NCBI GenBank assembly: GCA_028286685.1
Contig: JAQBRA010000002.1
Span: forward strand, 1,073 to 65,072
Reading direction: 5' to 3'
Length of the DNA: 64,000 bases
Source of the DNA: Candidatus Adlerbacteria bacterium
GTDB lineage: Bacteria > Patescibacteriota > Minisyncoccia > Phycocordibacterales > SBAW01
Positions 54,478 through 64,000 of this stretch are shown here, piece by piece (the first letter of the stretch is position 1; every line of letters starts with the position of its first letter). Position numbers and translations under genes: made by a program. The notes under the pieces are model-generated. The model was not told the DNA's origin and searched no databases. It saw only the letters and a list, made by a program, of their open reading frames with translations.

Positions 54478-54604
54478 CGCCCTATATGCGCTAGACTAGT
54501 GCTATGTACGGAAAACACCACAGTCGCGTCGTCAAAATCGGCGGATACGTCCTGGCAGTAGTCGTTATTGCCTCGATGGTTATCGCCTACTTCGCTCCGG
54601 CAGT

Positions 54605-56392
54605 CTAATCGCCTGACTTCACCATCTTAAGGAAGACATCTTCCGGGATGTTTACCTTGCCGCGGCCGAGCATCTTCTTCTTGCCCTTTTTCTGCTTGTC
54701 GCGCAGCTTCATTTTGCGGGTAATGTCGCCGCCGTACATGTGCTGGGTAACATCCTTGGCCATGGCGGACAAGGTTTTGGAAGAAAGTATGCGGCCGGTA
54801 GCCACGCCCTGGATTTTGGTCGTAAACATCTGGCGCGGCAGGATTTTATATAATTTCTCCACAGCAGCAACTGCTTCCTCGTAGGCGCGATGGCTCGCCA
54901 CAATGCGCGTAAACGCGGGAACCGGCTCGTCGGCTACCAAAATATCGAGCCTGGTTACCTCCGCAGGGCGCAGCTCCCCTATCTCATAAGAAATAGAGGC
55001 GTAGCCCGAGGAGGCCGACTTTACCTTGTCAAAGAAGTTGCGCATGAGCTCGCGCAGCGGCATCGACACCTTGAGCATCATGCGCTCCTCGGAAAAGCGG
55101 TCGGTCGAGAGCGTGGTGGCCTCGTGCTCGTACAAAAGCGGCAGGAGATTGCCCAAGTACTCGCCCGGTATCAGAATCTCGGCCTCGACATACGGCTCCC
55201 ATACGTGTGCCACTTCGCCATGGTCCGGAAACAACGGCGGAGAATAGACAATGATGCGCTCGCCTGATTTGGTTTCAACCTCGTAGGTAATGGTCGGCGT
55301 CGTGACAATAAGAGAGATATCGGACTCGCGGCGCAGGCGCTCGGTGATAATTTCCAAGTGGAGCATGCCCAAAAGCCCGCAGCGGAATCCGCGACCCAAG
55401 ACGCCGGACGATTCTTCTTCGTACGAAAGCGACGAATCGGACAAGCGGAGCCGGGAGAGCGCCTGCCGCAGGCCGACAAAGTCGTCCTGGCTCTCGGGAT
55501 AGACGGATGCCCACACGACCGGCCGAGGCTCGGCGTAGCCCGACAGCGGCACGGTCTTAGTACCCTTCGCGCGTACGGTATCGCCGACGCGCGCAAAGCC
55601 CGACTCCTTGATGCCGGTTACGACATAGCCTATCGAGCCCGCGCCCAATTCCGGCACCGGGGTCGGCTGCGGCGAGAATACGCCGACCTCGAGAGCATTG
55701 AAGGTGCGGCCGCTGGCGGAAAACTCCAGAGCATCGCCCTTTTTTATGGCTCCGGCGAAGTTGCGCAAAAAGACGATGATGCCCTGGTGATCCGAGTACT
55801 GGAAGTCGAAGATGAGCGCCTTGGGTTCTTTTTCTTCCGCCTCTTTGGGCGGGGGCACCTTGGCAATGACCGCCTTCAAGAGCTCCTCAACTCCCTCGCC
55901 GGTCTTGCCCGAGCAATGGTAAATTTCGTGCGCCTCGACGCCCAGGAGCCTCATGACCTGTCCCTCTACATCCTCCACGCGCGCCAAGGGAGAGTCTATT
56001 TTGGATAGCGCCGGAACTATCACGAGCCCGAGCTGCTGGGCGCTGCGCAGCACGGTCAGCGTCTGCGCCTGCACGCCCTGGGTCGCATCGACCAGGAGTA
56101 TCGCGCCCTCCACAGCCGTCAGCGCGCGCGACACCTCGTAGCTAAAGTCGATATGGCCGGGAGTATCGATAAGGTTGAGCATGTATTCCTCTCCTTCGAG
56201 GGCGTACTTCATGCGCACCGGCTGCATTTTTATAGTGATGCCGCGCTCGCGCTCAAGGTCCATGGAATCGAGCACCTGCTCGCGCATGCGGCGAGGTTCG
56301 ATAGTCTTGGTGACCTCTAAAAAGCGATCGGCCAGGGTCGATTTACCATGGTCGATGTGGGCGATGATGGAGAAATTGCGTATGCGCTGCAC
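54605..56392 (-). CDS. lepA: elongation factor 4 (LepA)
   Basis: IRNFSIIAHIDHGKSTLADR, DTPGHIDF, the LepA C-terminal domain. 595 aa. Confidence 0.92.
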   Translation of the reverse strand: MQRIRNFSIIAHIDHGKSTLADRFLEVTKTIEPRRMREQVLDSMDLERERGITIKMQPVRMKYALEGEEYMLNLIDTPGHIDFSYEVSRALTAVEGAILLVDATQGVQAQTLTVLRSAQQLGLVIVPALSKIDSPLARVEDVEGQVMRLLGVEAHEIYHCSGKTGEGVEELLKAVIAKVPPPKEAEEKEPKALIFDFQYSDHQGIIVFLRNFAGAIKKGDALEFSASGRTFNALEVGVFSPQPTPVPELGAGSIGYVVTGIKESGFARVGDTVRAKGTKTVPLSGYAEPRPVVWASVYPESQDDFVGLRQALSRLRLSDSSLSYEEESSGVLGRGFRCGLLGMLHLEIITERLRRESDISLIVTTPTITYEVETKSGERIIVYSPPLFPDHGEVAHVWEPYVEAEILIPGEYLGNLLPLLYEHEATTLSTDRFSEERMMLKVSMPLRELMRNFFDKVKSASSGYASISYEIGELRPAEVTRLDILVADEPVPAFTRIVASHRAYEEAVAAVEKLYKILPRQMFTTKIQGVATGRILSSKTLSAMAKDVTQHMYGGDITRKMKLRDKQKKGKKKMLGRGKVNIPEDVFLKMVKSGD

Positions 56393-56424
56393 TGCACTAA
56401 ACTACCATTTTTAAGGCCTAAAAA

Positions 56425-58095
56425 CTAGCTCGATACATCAGTCGGCTCCAAAATAACCTTAGGCGGCATAAAGCGGTTTTTAAGCGCCAGGTACGTCTCC
56501 GCAATCTCCTTGTTTTTAAGCAGGTAAAGTACCACGGCCGTCACCATAAGCCCCACTGCGCCGCCCACAAAGCCTTGGGTCAAAATGCCGGCAGTAGTAT
56601 TTATATCGACCAAGAGGCCCATGACGGTAAGCGCGACATAAGCCGCGCCGCCGCCCACTATCGAGGCGCCCAGGCTTTCAAACGAGAGCCTCCATAGCGG
56701 CCCCAGGGTCAGCTTGAAGTCGCGGCGCAAGTGCCAGAAGCCGGCCGCAAACCCCGCCAAAGAGCCCAGGGTCATCGCTAGCGCAAGCATGAGGACCGTC
56801 GTGCCCGTGAGGTCGGAAACGCGCAGCATGGCCTCGAGCATGTCGCGCCAGAGGTAATTGCCGTGGAACACCGCAATGAATAGCAGCGCCGAGAGCACCG
56901 AGACGCACACAGTCGTTAATCCGAAATAAAAAGGCTTGGACGTATTGCCTGCCGCATAATACGCGCGGGCAATGAGCATCGATACCGACTGCGCGAGCAG
57001 GGACACGACAAACAGCGCCAGCGCAGCGGCGGTGAGCTTGGTCGCCCCCCAATCGAACGCGCCGGAGCCGAGTATTGCGCGCACCAGCTGCGCGCGCAAA
57101 ACGATTATGAGCACCGTTGCAGGTATGGTCCAGAAGAATATGTGGCGCAGCGCCACCTCAACGTGCCGCGCAAATTCCGAGAGTTCCCCGCCCGCATGGA
57201 GCTTGGAGAGCGTCGGGAATGCCGCGACCGAGTACGACACGCCGATAATAGTCAGCGGCACGGCCTGCAGGTTCCAGCCGAACATGAATACTGCAATGGA
57301 GCCCGGCGCCATAAACGACGCCAGCGCAGTGAGGATGATGAGCGATATCTGCCCGGCGCCCAAGGAAAGCGTGCGCGGCACCGAGAGGCTCAGCACTTTC
57401 CACAGCTCGCGGCGCGACTCGCGCCACGGCATGTGCGTCTGCGGGCGCTCGACCGCAAAGAACGGGAGCTGGACGAGCATATGGAGCGCCGCGCCTATAA
57501 CCACGCCCCACGCGAGGCCCGCAAGCCCCATGCGCGGATACAAAAATACGATACCCGATATGATGCCTAGGTTATATAAAAGCGGCGATATGGAATAGAG
57601 GAAGAACCGGTGCCGCATCTGGGTCAAGTTAGCGAGGATGTTTGAGGCGCCCAAGAATATCGGCTGCAGGAGCAGTATGCGCGCGAGCAGTACCAAGTCG
57701 GGATTTGCAATGCCCGGTGCGATAAGCTGCAGGAGCCAGGGCGCGAGCATGAACACTACCAGCGATATGGCTCCCATTGCCGCAAAGAAAAATAAGAGCA
57801 TCTGCCGCAGGAAGGAAATCATGTGCCCCTCGTCGGTCTCGGCAAGCCTCGAGAGCACCGGCAAGAGCGCATACAGCGACAGGAGCGAAGCGACGGTAGC
57901 AAACAGCAAGTCCGGAATGCGGAATGCCGCATAGTACACGTCGAGTGTATGCGACGCGCCGAACTCCGCCGCCAAGAGCCGGTCGCGCACCAAGGCCAGA
58001 AGCTGGCTGCCCAAGGCAAAAGCCGCCAGCAAGTAGGCGGCCTGATGCATCCCGCGGACCTCGCGCCCTATGACGCTTAAAAAAGCTCGTACCAC
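56425..58095 (-). CDS. murJ: lipid II flippase MurJ (MviN family)
   Basis: About 14 TM helices. The N-terminus LLALVRDRLLAAEFGASHTLDVYYAAFRIPDLLF is MurJ-like. Confidence 0.8.
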   Translation of the reverse strand: MVRAFLSVIGREVRGMHQAAYLLAAFALGSQLLALVRDRLLAAEFGASHTLDVYYAAFRIPDLLFATVASLLSLYALLPVLSRLAETDEGHMISFLRQMLLFFFAAMGAISLVVFMLAPWLLQLIAPGIANPDLVLLARILLLQPIFLGASNILANLTQMRHRFFLYSISPLLYNLGIISGIVFLYPRMGLAGLAWGVVIGAALHMLVQLPFFAVERPQTHMPWRESRRELWKVLSLSVPRTLSLGAGQISLIILTALASFMAPGSIAVFMFGWNLQAVPLTIIGVSYSVAAFPTLSKLHAGGELSEFARHVEVALRHIFFWTIPATVLIIVLRAQLVRAILGSGAFDWGATKLTAAALALFVVSLLAQSVSMLIARAYYAAGNTSKPFYFGLTTVCVSVLSALLFIAVFHGNYLWRDMLEAMLRVSDLTGTTVLMLALAMTLGSLAGFAAGFWHLRRDFKLTLGPLWRLSFESLGASIVGGGAAYVALTVMGLLVDINTTAGILTQGFVGGAVGLMVTAVVLYLLKNKEIAETYLALKNRFMPPKVILEPTDVSS

Positions 58096-58181
58096 TCCCC
58101 CATTTTACCTTGGAATATAAGGAAAAGACACAAAACCGCCGCCCGTGATGGGCGGCGGTTTTAGTTAGAGCAAGGTCGCGC

Positions 58182-60512
58182 TTATTCCTGCACCGGAGCG
58201 GTGGTGGATTGGGTCGGGGTGGTCGTCGCTCCCTCGAGCGCCGGCTTGCCCGCCTGCATGTTGCTTATGACCAGCTTGATTTCCTGATTGTCCGGATTGG
58301 TGCGAACCAAGTCCTGGAACAACTGCAGCGCTTCTACCTGGCGGCTCTGCGTGTAGTAGCTGAGACCCAGGAAGTACTTGGCGTTCGCATAATCGGCCTG
58401 GATCTTGAGCGCCTGCTCAAGCGGCGCGATAGCCTCCTTCGGGGCTCCGCCTGCGTAGTACAGCAAGCCGAGCTGGAACCACAGGGGCGCTACGCCCGGC
58501 GCCGACTGCACCGCAGCCTGTGCGGCCTGGACCGCCGAGTTAAGGTCGTTGTTGGCGACATTGAGCTGTACCAGGAACAGGATCGCGTCAGTGTAGTTGG
58601 GCTTCTGGGTCAGCGAAGCGCGCAGGTACTCGATAGTGCCCGCCTGATCGCCGTTCATAGCCGAGAGGCGCGACAGCGCGAGCGTAATGGTCGGATTCTG
58701 CGGATTGCGGCTCAGTGCGGCCAGATACGTAGAGCTTGCCTGGGCATACGCGCCCTCTACCTTAAGCGAGGAGAGCAGGTCGTATACGCGCGCCATGGAG
58801 AGGAGCGGCCGGTAATCATCCGGATTTGCGGCGATGGCTTTCTGGCCGGCAGCAATAGTCGACTGCAGAGCGGCGGCAAACTGGGTCTGCAGGTCCGCAG
58901 CAGGAGTGTTTGTATTCTGCGCGAGGCCTGCCAATTTGGTGCCGCCTGCATCTACCTGGAGGCGCAAGGCGTCGCCGATAGACTCAATGCCCTCGGCTTT
59001 GACTGCCAGTGCGAGCGCCTCGTCTGCATTGCCGTTTGCCAAGGCAACGCTTGCCTTGCCGACATACACCTCGGCCAAAGCGCGCTGCGAAGTCTTAGCG
59101 GATGCCACGAGCGCAGCGATAATGATGAGCATGCCGAGCGCCAGCGCGTAGAGCTGCACGGGGCGGCTCGGAGCCTCTTCCGTAACTGCAGGACGCCCCT
59201 GGCGCCACAAGAAGCCGAAGGATGCTCCGGCCAAAGTAAGAGCCAAGAGGATAAGGTTTTGGCTCGGGACATAGAAGATCATGGATGCCAAAAGCAGGAA
59301 GCTGCCTGCGGCGAGCGCCATGGCAAGGCCCTTGTCCTCGCGGTTGAGCACCGATACGCGCCAAGCGCGTGCCAAAGCGGCAAGCACCAGGAGGAACGGC
59401 AGTATCCAAGCCAAGACGCCGAGCACGCCTACGGTGCCGAGCGCAGTCGTGAGCGTCGAGAAGCCGACGTTAAAGTCGAGATTCCAGAACGCGGACTGGT
59501 TAACCTCAGCCGGCTTGTGGGCCAGCCACAACTCGCCAAAGGTGTTAGGGCCCGTGCCGGTAAGTGTGCGACCAAACGAGCCGTCGCGGCCTGCCGAGAG
59601 TACGGCCTGAGTAGACTGGTAGGAAGGGCGGACCTCCAAGGAAGATACGGGGAAGATCGACGTGAGGCCGGTATTGAACAGCGGGCCCCAGAAGATGAAG
59701 GCGATCGAAACCATGGCGGAGCCGATGGCGATCCACGGCATGCGGCCCATAAGGCCGCGGGGCACATGCTGGACTTCGCCCTCCTCGCCGCGATGCGAGA
59801 TAAACGAGTAGAGACCGACGCACAGCGAGGCGACCAGGACCAAGGCCCATGCCAAGCTAAAGTTGACGAACGCCAAGAGGAGTACTAGCGCGACGCCCAA
59901 TACCATAGAGCCGATGCGCATCAGGTTGGACGAGCGGCGCAGCTCTATTTGTACGAGAACAAAGAGGAACGCGAGCGAAGCCAAGAGGCCAAGATCGTTC
60001 CACTTGCCCACGAGGTTGACCGAGCGGTCGGCAAACGTCTGGAACGGTATGACCGAGGTGCCAAAGAGTATGGCGATGAACTGGAATACGACTGCGGCGA
60101 CCAGCGCCCACAGGACCGTCGTGTAGAGCAGGCGTGCGGTGCGCTGAGTGCGGAAGAGCGCCGACGAGAAGACGAAGGCGAGCGCGGCGAGCGTCGTAAA
60201 GAGGACTGTGTCCCACTCTACGCTAAAGCCGCTCCATGAAACGGTGGAGTCGAGCGATAGGAAGGCCGATAATGTATAAGCGGCCGGCAGCAAGAACACG
60301 GCGAGCGTCGCCCAAGCCCCATGCGAACGGACGAACTCGCGCATGCCGCCCCCGGCGACAAACAGCACCGCCGCTCCAAGAAGGAGTGCGGCAAACACGG
60401 CTACCTTTGCTAATTGAAACGGGAACCACGCGGTCGGGATGACCAGCACCAAGGCAAGAACGATACCTGCCAGGTACAGGCCCCGAGACCACGCCTGTAG
60501 TCTTGAGTACAT
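58182..60512 (-). CDS. O-antigen-ligase-like (Wzy_C) polytopic membrane protein with C-terminal TPR repeats
   Basis: A 12-TM N-terminal half with a Wzy_C-like loop. The C-terminal third has TPR-like helical repeats (AYAQASSTYLAALSRNPQN... and similar). Confidence 0.5.
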   Translation of the reverse strand: MYSRLQAWSRGLYLAGIVLALVLVIPTAWFPFQLAKVAVFAALLLGAAVLFVAGGGMREFVRSHGAWATLAVFLLPAAYTLSAFLSLDSTVSWSGFSVEWDTVLFTTLAALAFVFSSALFRTQRTARLLYTTVLWALVAAVVFQFIAILFGTSVIPFQTFADRSVNLVGKWNDLGLLASLAFLFVLVQIELRRSSNLMRIGSMVLGVALVLLLAFVNFSLAWALVLVASLCVGLYSFISHRGEEGEVQHVPRGLMGRMPWIAIGSAMVSIAFIFWGPLFNTGLTSIFPVSSLEVRPSYQSTQAVLSAGRDGSFGRTLTGTGPNTFGELWLAHKPAEVNQSAFWNLDFNVGFSTLTTALGTVGVLGVLAWILPFLLVLAALARAWRVSVLNREDKGLAMALAAGSFLLLASMIFYVPSQNLILLALTLAGASFGFLWRQGRPAVTEEAPSRPVQLYALALGMLIIIAALVASAKTSQRALAEVYVGKASVALANGNADEALALAVKAEGIESIGDALRLQVDAGGTKLAGLAQNTNTPAADLQTQFAAALQSTIAAGQKAIAANPDDYRPLLSMARVYDLLSSLKVEGAYAQASSTYLAALSRNPQNPTITLALSRLSAMNGDQAGTIEYLRASLTQKPNYTDAILFLVQLNVANNDLNSAVQAAQAAVQSAPGVAPLWFQLGLLYYAGGAPKEAIAPLEQALKIQADYANAKYFLGLSYYTQSRQVEALQLFQDLVRTNPDNQEIKLVISNMQAGKPALEGATTTPTQSTTAPVQE

Positions 60513-60599
60513 ATACGATTATGCTTAAGAAGGGCACGATGCCCTCCCCTATTAATACGAACCTCTATCAGTATAAACCCAAGTTTAAAGAAAATATGG

Positions 60600-60930
60600 A
60601 AAGATGGGGACAGCAAGGCGAAACCCCGGCAGTTAGCCGGGGTCCTCGCATTTAGCGCGCGCGTCTGTAAGCCGAGTTCTGTCGTGGGCTGCAATTTATC
60701 TGGGCCCAGAGTCGCCCCTGGGCTCGAGCGGCACTCCGCAGTTGCCTGCGGCACGGCCTTGCACCCGGGTAGGGATTTTGCCGTTTCACCCGAACTAAAT
60801 CGGTTCGTCACTGTTCGCACCCCTTACGACCGCTAATATCGTACGGCAGGCGTTACCTGCTACCTTGCTACTGCAGTTGCCCGCAGTGGGAGCTCGGACT
60901 TTCCTCTCCGTCTTGCGACAGAGCTGCAAC
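60600..60930 (-). ncRNA. rnpB: RNase P RNA (bacterial type A)
   Basis: The minus strand contains GAGGAAAGTCCGAGCTCC (P4 5' strand), AGCAGGTAACGCCTG, GGGTGAAACGGC and CACGACAGAACTCGGCTTACAG (P4 3' strand). The ends are approximate. Confidence 0.75.
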
Positions 60931-60944
60931 CAAACGCGCTTTTA

Positions 60945-61424
60945 CTATTGTACCACGATTTTCTGTCCTTCGGCAATGCCGTGCTTTGCGGCAAAGCCGG
61001 CCGGAACTTCAAGCACATAGCGAGCAGGCTGTGTCGGCCTGAACACCTCAGGGAAGCTTTCAGGGGCGACTAGAGGCGCAATGGTGACTATAGTGCCGTC
61101 TGCGGCAACCCAGATGATATCGAGCGGAATGAGCGTATCTTTCATCCAAAAAGCCCACAACTCGTCGGTATCAAATACGAACCACATGCCCCGGCCTTCT
61201 TCCAGACGGTTGCGGCCGCCTAAGCCCCGCTCGCGCAAAGGGTCAGTATCGGCGACCTCGGCCACTACCTCAGTTGAGCCCAGGGAAAGAGTGACGGTTG
61301 AATGCGTGGTCATGGGAGTAGGTACCAGAGCGGGGCGCTGCCCATAAAGCACGAAAGCCGCCCCCAGGGCGGCCGCCAGTGCTAAAAGTATGAGCGGCAG
61401 TTGTAGTGCGGCCCTCACAGGCAA
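60945..61424 (-). CDS. DUF192 (COG1430) domain protein, secreted or anchored
   Basis: N-terminal signal or TM helix, then the DUF192 pattern RERGLGGR...WMKDTLIPLDIIWV. Confidence 0.55.
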   Translation of the reverse strand: MPVRAALQLPLILLALAAALGAAFVLYGQRPALVPTPMTTHSTVTLSLGSTEVVAEVADTDPLRERGLGGRNRLEEGRGMWFVFDTDELWAFWMKDTLIPLDIIWVAADGTIVTIAPLVAPESFPEVFRPTQPARYVLEVPAGFAAKHGIAEGQKIVVQ

Positions 61425-61685
61425 TTAGGAGAGGTGCTTGGAGACAAGCTTGGTCATCTCGAACATGTTTACCATGTCCTTGCCGCCGAAGACCTTCTTG
61501 AGGTTCTCGTCAGCGTTGATGTTGCGCTTGTTGGTAGGGTCCTGGAGATCGTGCTTCTTGATGTATACCCAGAGAGCCTTAACGACCTCGGAGCGGGGCA
61601 TAGGGCCCTTGCCCACTACCTCGGCGAGATCATCGCTGATCTGCATCGGCTTCATAAATGCGGAATTTGCTTTTGCGGGTGCCAT
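61425..61685 (-). CDS. SWIB/MDM2-domain protein
   Basis: ISDDLAEVVGKGPMPRSEVVKALWVYIKKHDLQDPTNKRNINADENLKKVFG is the typical SWIB domain. Confidence 0.7.
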   Translation of the reverse strand: MAPAKANSAFMKPMQISDDLAEVVGKGPMPRSEVVKALWVYIKKHDLQDPTNKRNINADENLKKVFGGKDMVNMFEMTKLVSKHLS

Positions 61686-61783
61686 AAGATTTGTATGTAA
61701 ACTAACTATTTCTAAACGGTTAATAAGACCTGTCTATAGTATACCAGCCCTGCTTAGGCGCAAGGGGGCCTGTTTTACAACTG

Positions 61784-61868
61784 CGGAGGCGGTGAGATTC
61801 GAACTCACGGTGGGTTGCCCCACGCCGCCTTTCCAAGGCGGTGCACTAGACCGCTATGCGACGCCTCC
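61784..61868 (-). tRNA. tRNA-Ser (GGA), class II
   Basis: Reverse complement reads GGAGGCGTCGCATAGCGGTCTAGTGCACCGCCTTGGAAAGGCGGCGTGGGGCAACCCACCGTGAGTTCGAATCTCACCGCCTCCG. Confidence 0.75.
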
Positions 61869-62377
61869 AGTGCTCATACAAAATACCCTTATTTCGGCCA
61901 AAGATAAAGGCCGGATTTCTCCTTCGAGGAATCCGGCCTGCCGCGTAGCAGCTATTTGTGGCGTTTGCCGAAGGTGGTCCGATTCTTCTGGCCGCCCGCT
62001 GACGTCTGATAGATTGTCCGTTTCGGCCTGTCGTCCACCCGAGCCTTCGGCTGCTGGGTCGGCGCCGGGCGCTCATACAGCTTGGCGAAGTCCGACATTG
62101 TCGGGCTTTGTCGAGCCGTAGTTTCGTGCGCGGGCAGAAGCTGCTCGCCTTCCATCCGACCAGAAGGCTCAAACGCCTTCGAAGGCCGCGGTATAAAACC
62201 GGCGTTTCGCGTATTGATGATCGATTTTTCGGTCACGCGGCCGCCGCTGCGCCGTTCAAAAACCACCTGCACCATAGTAAGGTCCCCGCTTTAGCCTCTC
62301 CCCCACGGAGAGGCTTACTTCATTAATAGTAGCATATTTGACCCAAAAAGTCAAGCACTACTATAACAGCCTTTCAA

Positions 62378-63268
62378 TTACTGGCTTAGCAGCGCCTTAA
62401 TCCGCTGCTCTACCGGCGGATGGGTCAAAAATAGCCGGGCTAGGCCGCTCATGGCCGCCTTGGGGCCGAATGGGTTTGAGATATACAGGTGCGCTGTGGC
62501 GTTATTGGCGCGGCGCATGGGTGCCTGGTAGCCGCCGATTTTGCGCAGCGCGTTTGCCAGACCCTCCGGGTAGCGGGTTAGCAGTGCGCCCGATGCGTCT
62601 GCCAGAAACTCGCGCTTGCGCGATATCGCAAGCTGAATGAGCGTGGCGACTATGGGAGAAAGAACGATGAGCACCACCGCAACAATCATGAGTATCGGGT
62701 TTTTGTTATCGCGATCGTTGTTCCCTCCCCCAAATAGGGTCGAGCGCAAGAAAAAGTCAGAGGCCAAGGTAACAAAGCCCACCAAGACCACTGCCACGGT
62801 CGACACTAGCATGTCGCGGTTGCCGATATGCGAAAGTTCGTGCGCGATAACCCCTTCAAGCTCCGTGCGTTCCATCATGCCTAAAAGACCTGTGGTAACC
62901 GCGACAGCCGCATGCTCCTTGTTGCGGCCGGTGGCAAAAGCGTTGGGTGCCGGGTCATCAATCACATACACCTTCGGCTTGGGCAGGCCCGCCGTAATAG
63001 CCAGGTTTTCGACAATATTATTGAGCTCGGGATACTGCGCGTCGCTTGCCGGCTTGGCGCCACTCATGGCAATGACCACCTTGTCGGAGCTCCAGTAGGC
63101 CCATACGTTGGTAACAATGGAGAATACAACCGCGATAAGCAGGATCGAGGGATTATTAAAATAGTACGACAGCGCCCAGCCGATAAGCACGACCACGCCC
63201 AAGAACCCGGCCATAAGTATCCAAGTCTTGGCGATGTTTGACTCTTGATGCGTGTATAGCGTTGCCAT
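62378..63268 (-). CDS. htpX: protease HtpX (M48 zinc metalloprotease)
   Basis: HEXXH motif IAHELSHIGNRD and the membrane-helix pattern of HtpX. Confidence 0.85.
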   Translation of the reverse strand: MATLYTHQESNIAKTWILMAGFLGVVVLIGWALSYYFNNPSILLIAVVFSIVTNVWAYWSSDKVVIAMSGAKPASDAQYPELNNIVENLAITAGLPKPKVYVIDDPAPNAFATGRNKEHAAVAVTTGLLGMMERTELEGVIAHELSHIGNRDMLVSTVAVVLVGFVTLASDFFLRSTLFGGGNNDRDNKNPILMIVAVVLIVLSPIVATLIQLAISRKREFLADASGALLTRYPEGLANALRKIGGYQAPMRRANNATAHLYISNPFGPKAAMSGLARLFLTHPPVEQRIKALLSQ

Positions 63269-63771
63269 TAGTTTGTTTTATTGAGACGCTCCTCGACCAT
63301 CTCTATTTCATGGTCGATGCCCTGGATAAGCTCGTAGTTTTTAACCTCGCTTGCAAGCACCCAGGCAAACTCGGTTGCATCCTCGTCCAGAACAACCTCG
63401 CCACCCTCGTACTTGCAGTAAAAGCTCAGGACGATTGCCGGAACGCCGTCGGGGCGGATAAAGGTCAGGTCCAAGAGGTACTGCGCATCGGACACCTCAA
63501 TCCCCACCTCTTCCTTAATCTCGCGCTTAAGGGTGTTTTCGACCGCGCCGTACCACTGCGGACTCTCGGAGTTGGCATAGGTAGCCTCCCCGTCCATGTA
63601 GTCCTTGGTCTCAAGACCGCCGCCCGGCACCGTCCACATGTTGGGCCACGCCTTTTTAGTCGGTGCTCTCTTGGTTATAAGGTAGCGGTAGCCGTCCACG
63701 TCTTTGCGCCAAATGATACCGGTTATAGCGATCCGATGAAGATCGGAGTAGATGGGAGTGGGTACCTCCAT
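63268..63771 (-). CDS. NUDIX hydrolase
   Basis: The Nudix box GGGLETKDYMDGEATYANSESPQWYGAVENTLKREIKEEVGIEV matches the GX5EX7REUXEEXGU pattern. The start was set at the internal Met MEVPTPIY. Confidence 0.65.
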   Translation of the reverse strand: MEVPTPIYSDLHRIAITGIIWRKDVDGYRYLITKRAPTKKAWPNMWTVPGGGLETKDYMDGEATYANSESPQWYGAVENTLKREIKEEVGIEVSDAQYLLDLTFIRPDGVPAIVLSFYCKYEGGEVVLDEDATEFAWVLASEVKNYELIQGIDHEIEMVEERLNKTN

Positions 63772-63775
63772 AGAG

Positions 63776-64000
63776 TTAGAACTTAACTGCGACCGGCTGG
63801 CGGGCAGCCGCATCAATCTCGCCCAACTCGAAGAACTCGCGCGGCTCGAAGCGGAACGTGCTGGCAATGACATTGCCCGGGAAGCTTTCTACCGAAGTGT
63901 TGAGGTCGCGCACATTGGTGTTGTAGAAACGGCGCGCAGCTTGAATTTTATTTTCCGTATCCGAAAGTTCGCGCTGGAGCTCCAGGAAGTTGGTGTTGGC
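63776..64000 (-). CDS. LemA-family protein (partial; N-terminus beyond the window)
   Basis: The minus-strand C-terminus reads ...ANTNFLELQRELSDTENKIQAARRFYNTNVRDLNTSVESFPGNVIASTFRFEPREFFELGEIDAAARQPVAVKF, which is LemA-like. Confidence 0.55.
   Translation of the reverse strand, partial: ANTNFLELQRELSDTENKIQAARRFYNTNVRDLNTSVESFPGNVIASTFRFEPREFFELGEIDAAARQPVAVKF

Noticed and set aside
62290-62317. Hairpin AGCCTCTCC-ccca-GGAGAGGCT downstream of htpX as a terminator
   Set aside because: No U-tract follows on either strand. It is left unannotated as too weak. The adjacent ORFs 61846..62172 and 61952..62275 (Arg/Pro-rich, overlapping frames) were also not called.

Overview
The window is a high-GC (about 60%, judged by eye) bacterial chromosomal segment, gene-dense on both strands. 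Much of it is streamlined housekeeping content: clpB (truncated at the left edge), cysteine desulfurase, infB-rbfA, gyrA, rpsA, pth, lepB, rpsU-ybeY-ftsA-ftsZ, trxB, tsaD, valS, hsp20, lepA, murJ, htpX, and lemA (truncated at the right edge). Several of these are unusually short (IF-2 502 aa, ValRS 718 aa, S1 364 aa), Shine-Dalgarno sequences are mostly absent, and many small membrane ORFans are present. This pattern fits a reduced-genome lineage such as CPR/Patescibacteria, which is an inference only. I identified 11 tRNA genes and an RNase P RNA directly from sequence. Four accessory features stand out. First, a conserved composite element of about 150-170 nt sits at the 3' end of three different tRNA genes (Cys, Gly, Lys). 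It carries antisense and sense copies of the cognate tRNA 3' end around a conserved core. Second, a low-GC island between tRNA-Cys and tRNA-Lys carries tRNA-Leu(UAA) plus a FemAB-like transferase gene that uses TTA codons. Third, an operon encodes a solute-binding protein followed by five paralogous small membrane proteins with pilin-like topology. Fourth, a glycan locus (33.5-42.6 kb) contains a HasA/NodC-like GT2, a sugar-nucleotide dehydrogenase, two CE4 deacetylases and two secreted proteins sharing an unassigned domain. Coordinates that I derived by hand (tRNAs, repeats, motifs, RNase P RNA) are approximate to within a few nucleotides. CDS coordinates follow the supplied ORF track, with internal start refinements where noted. 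Many long ORFs in the track are antisense artefacts typical of high-GC DNA and are not reported as genes.
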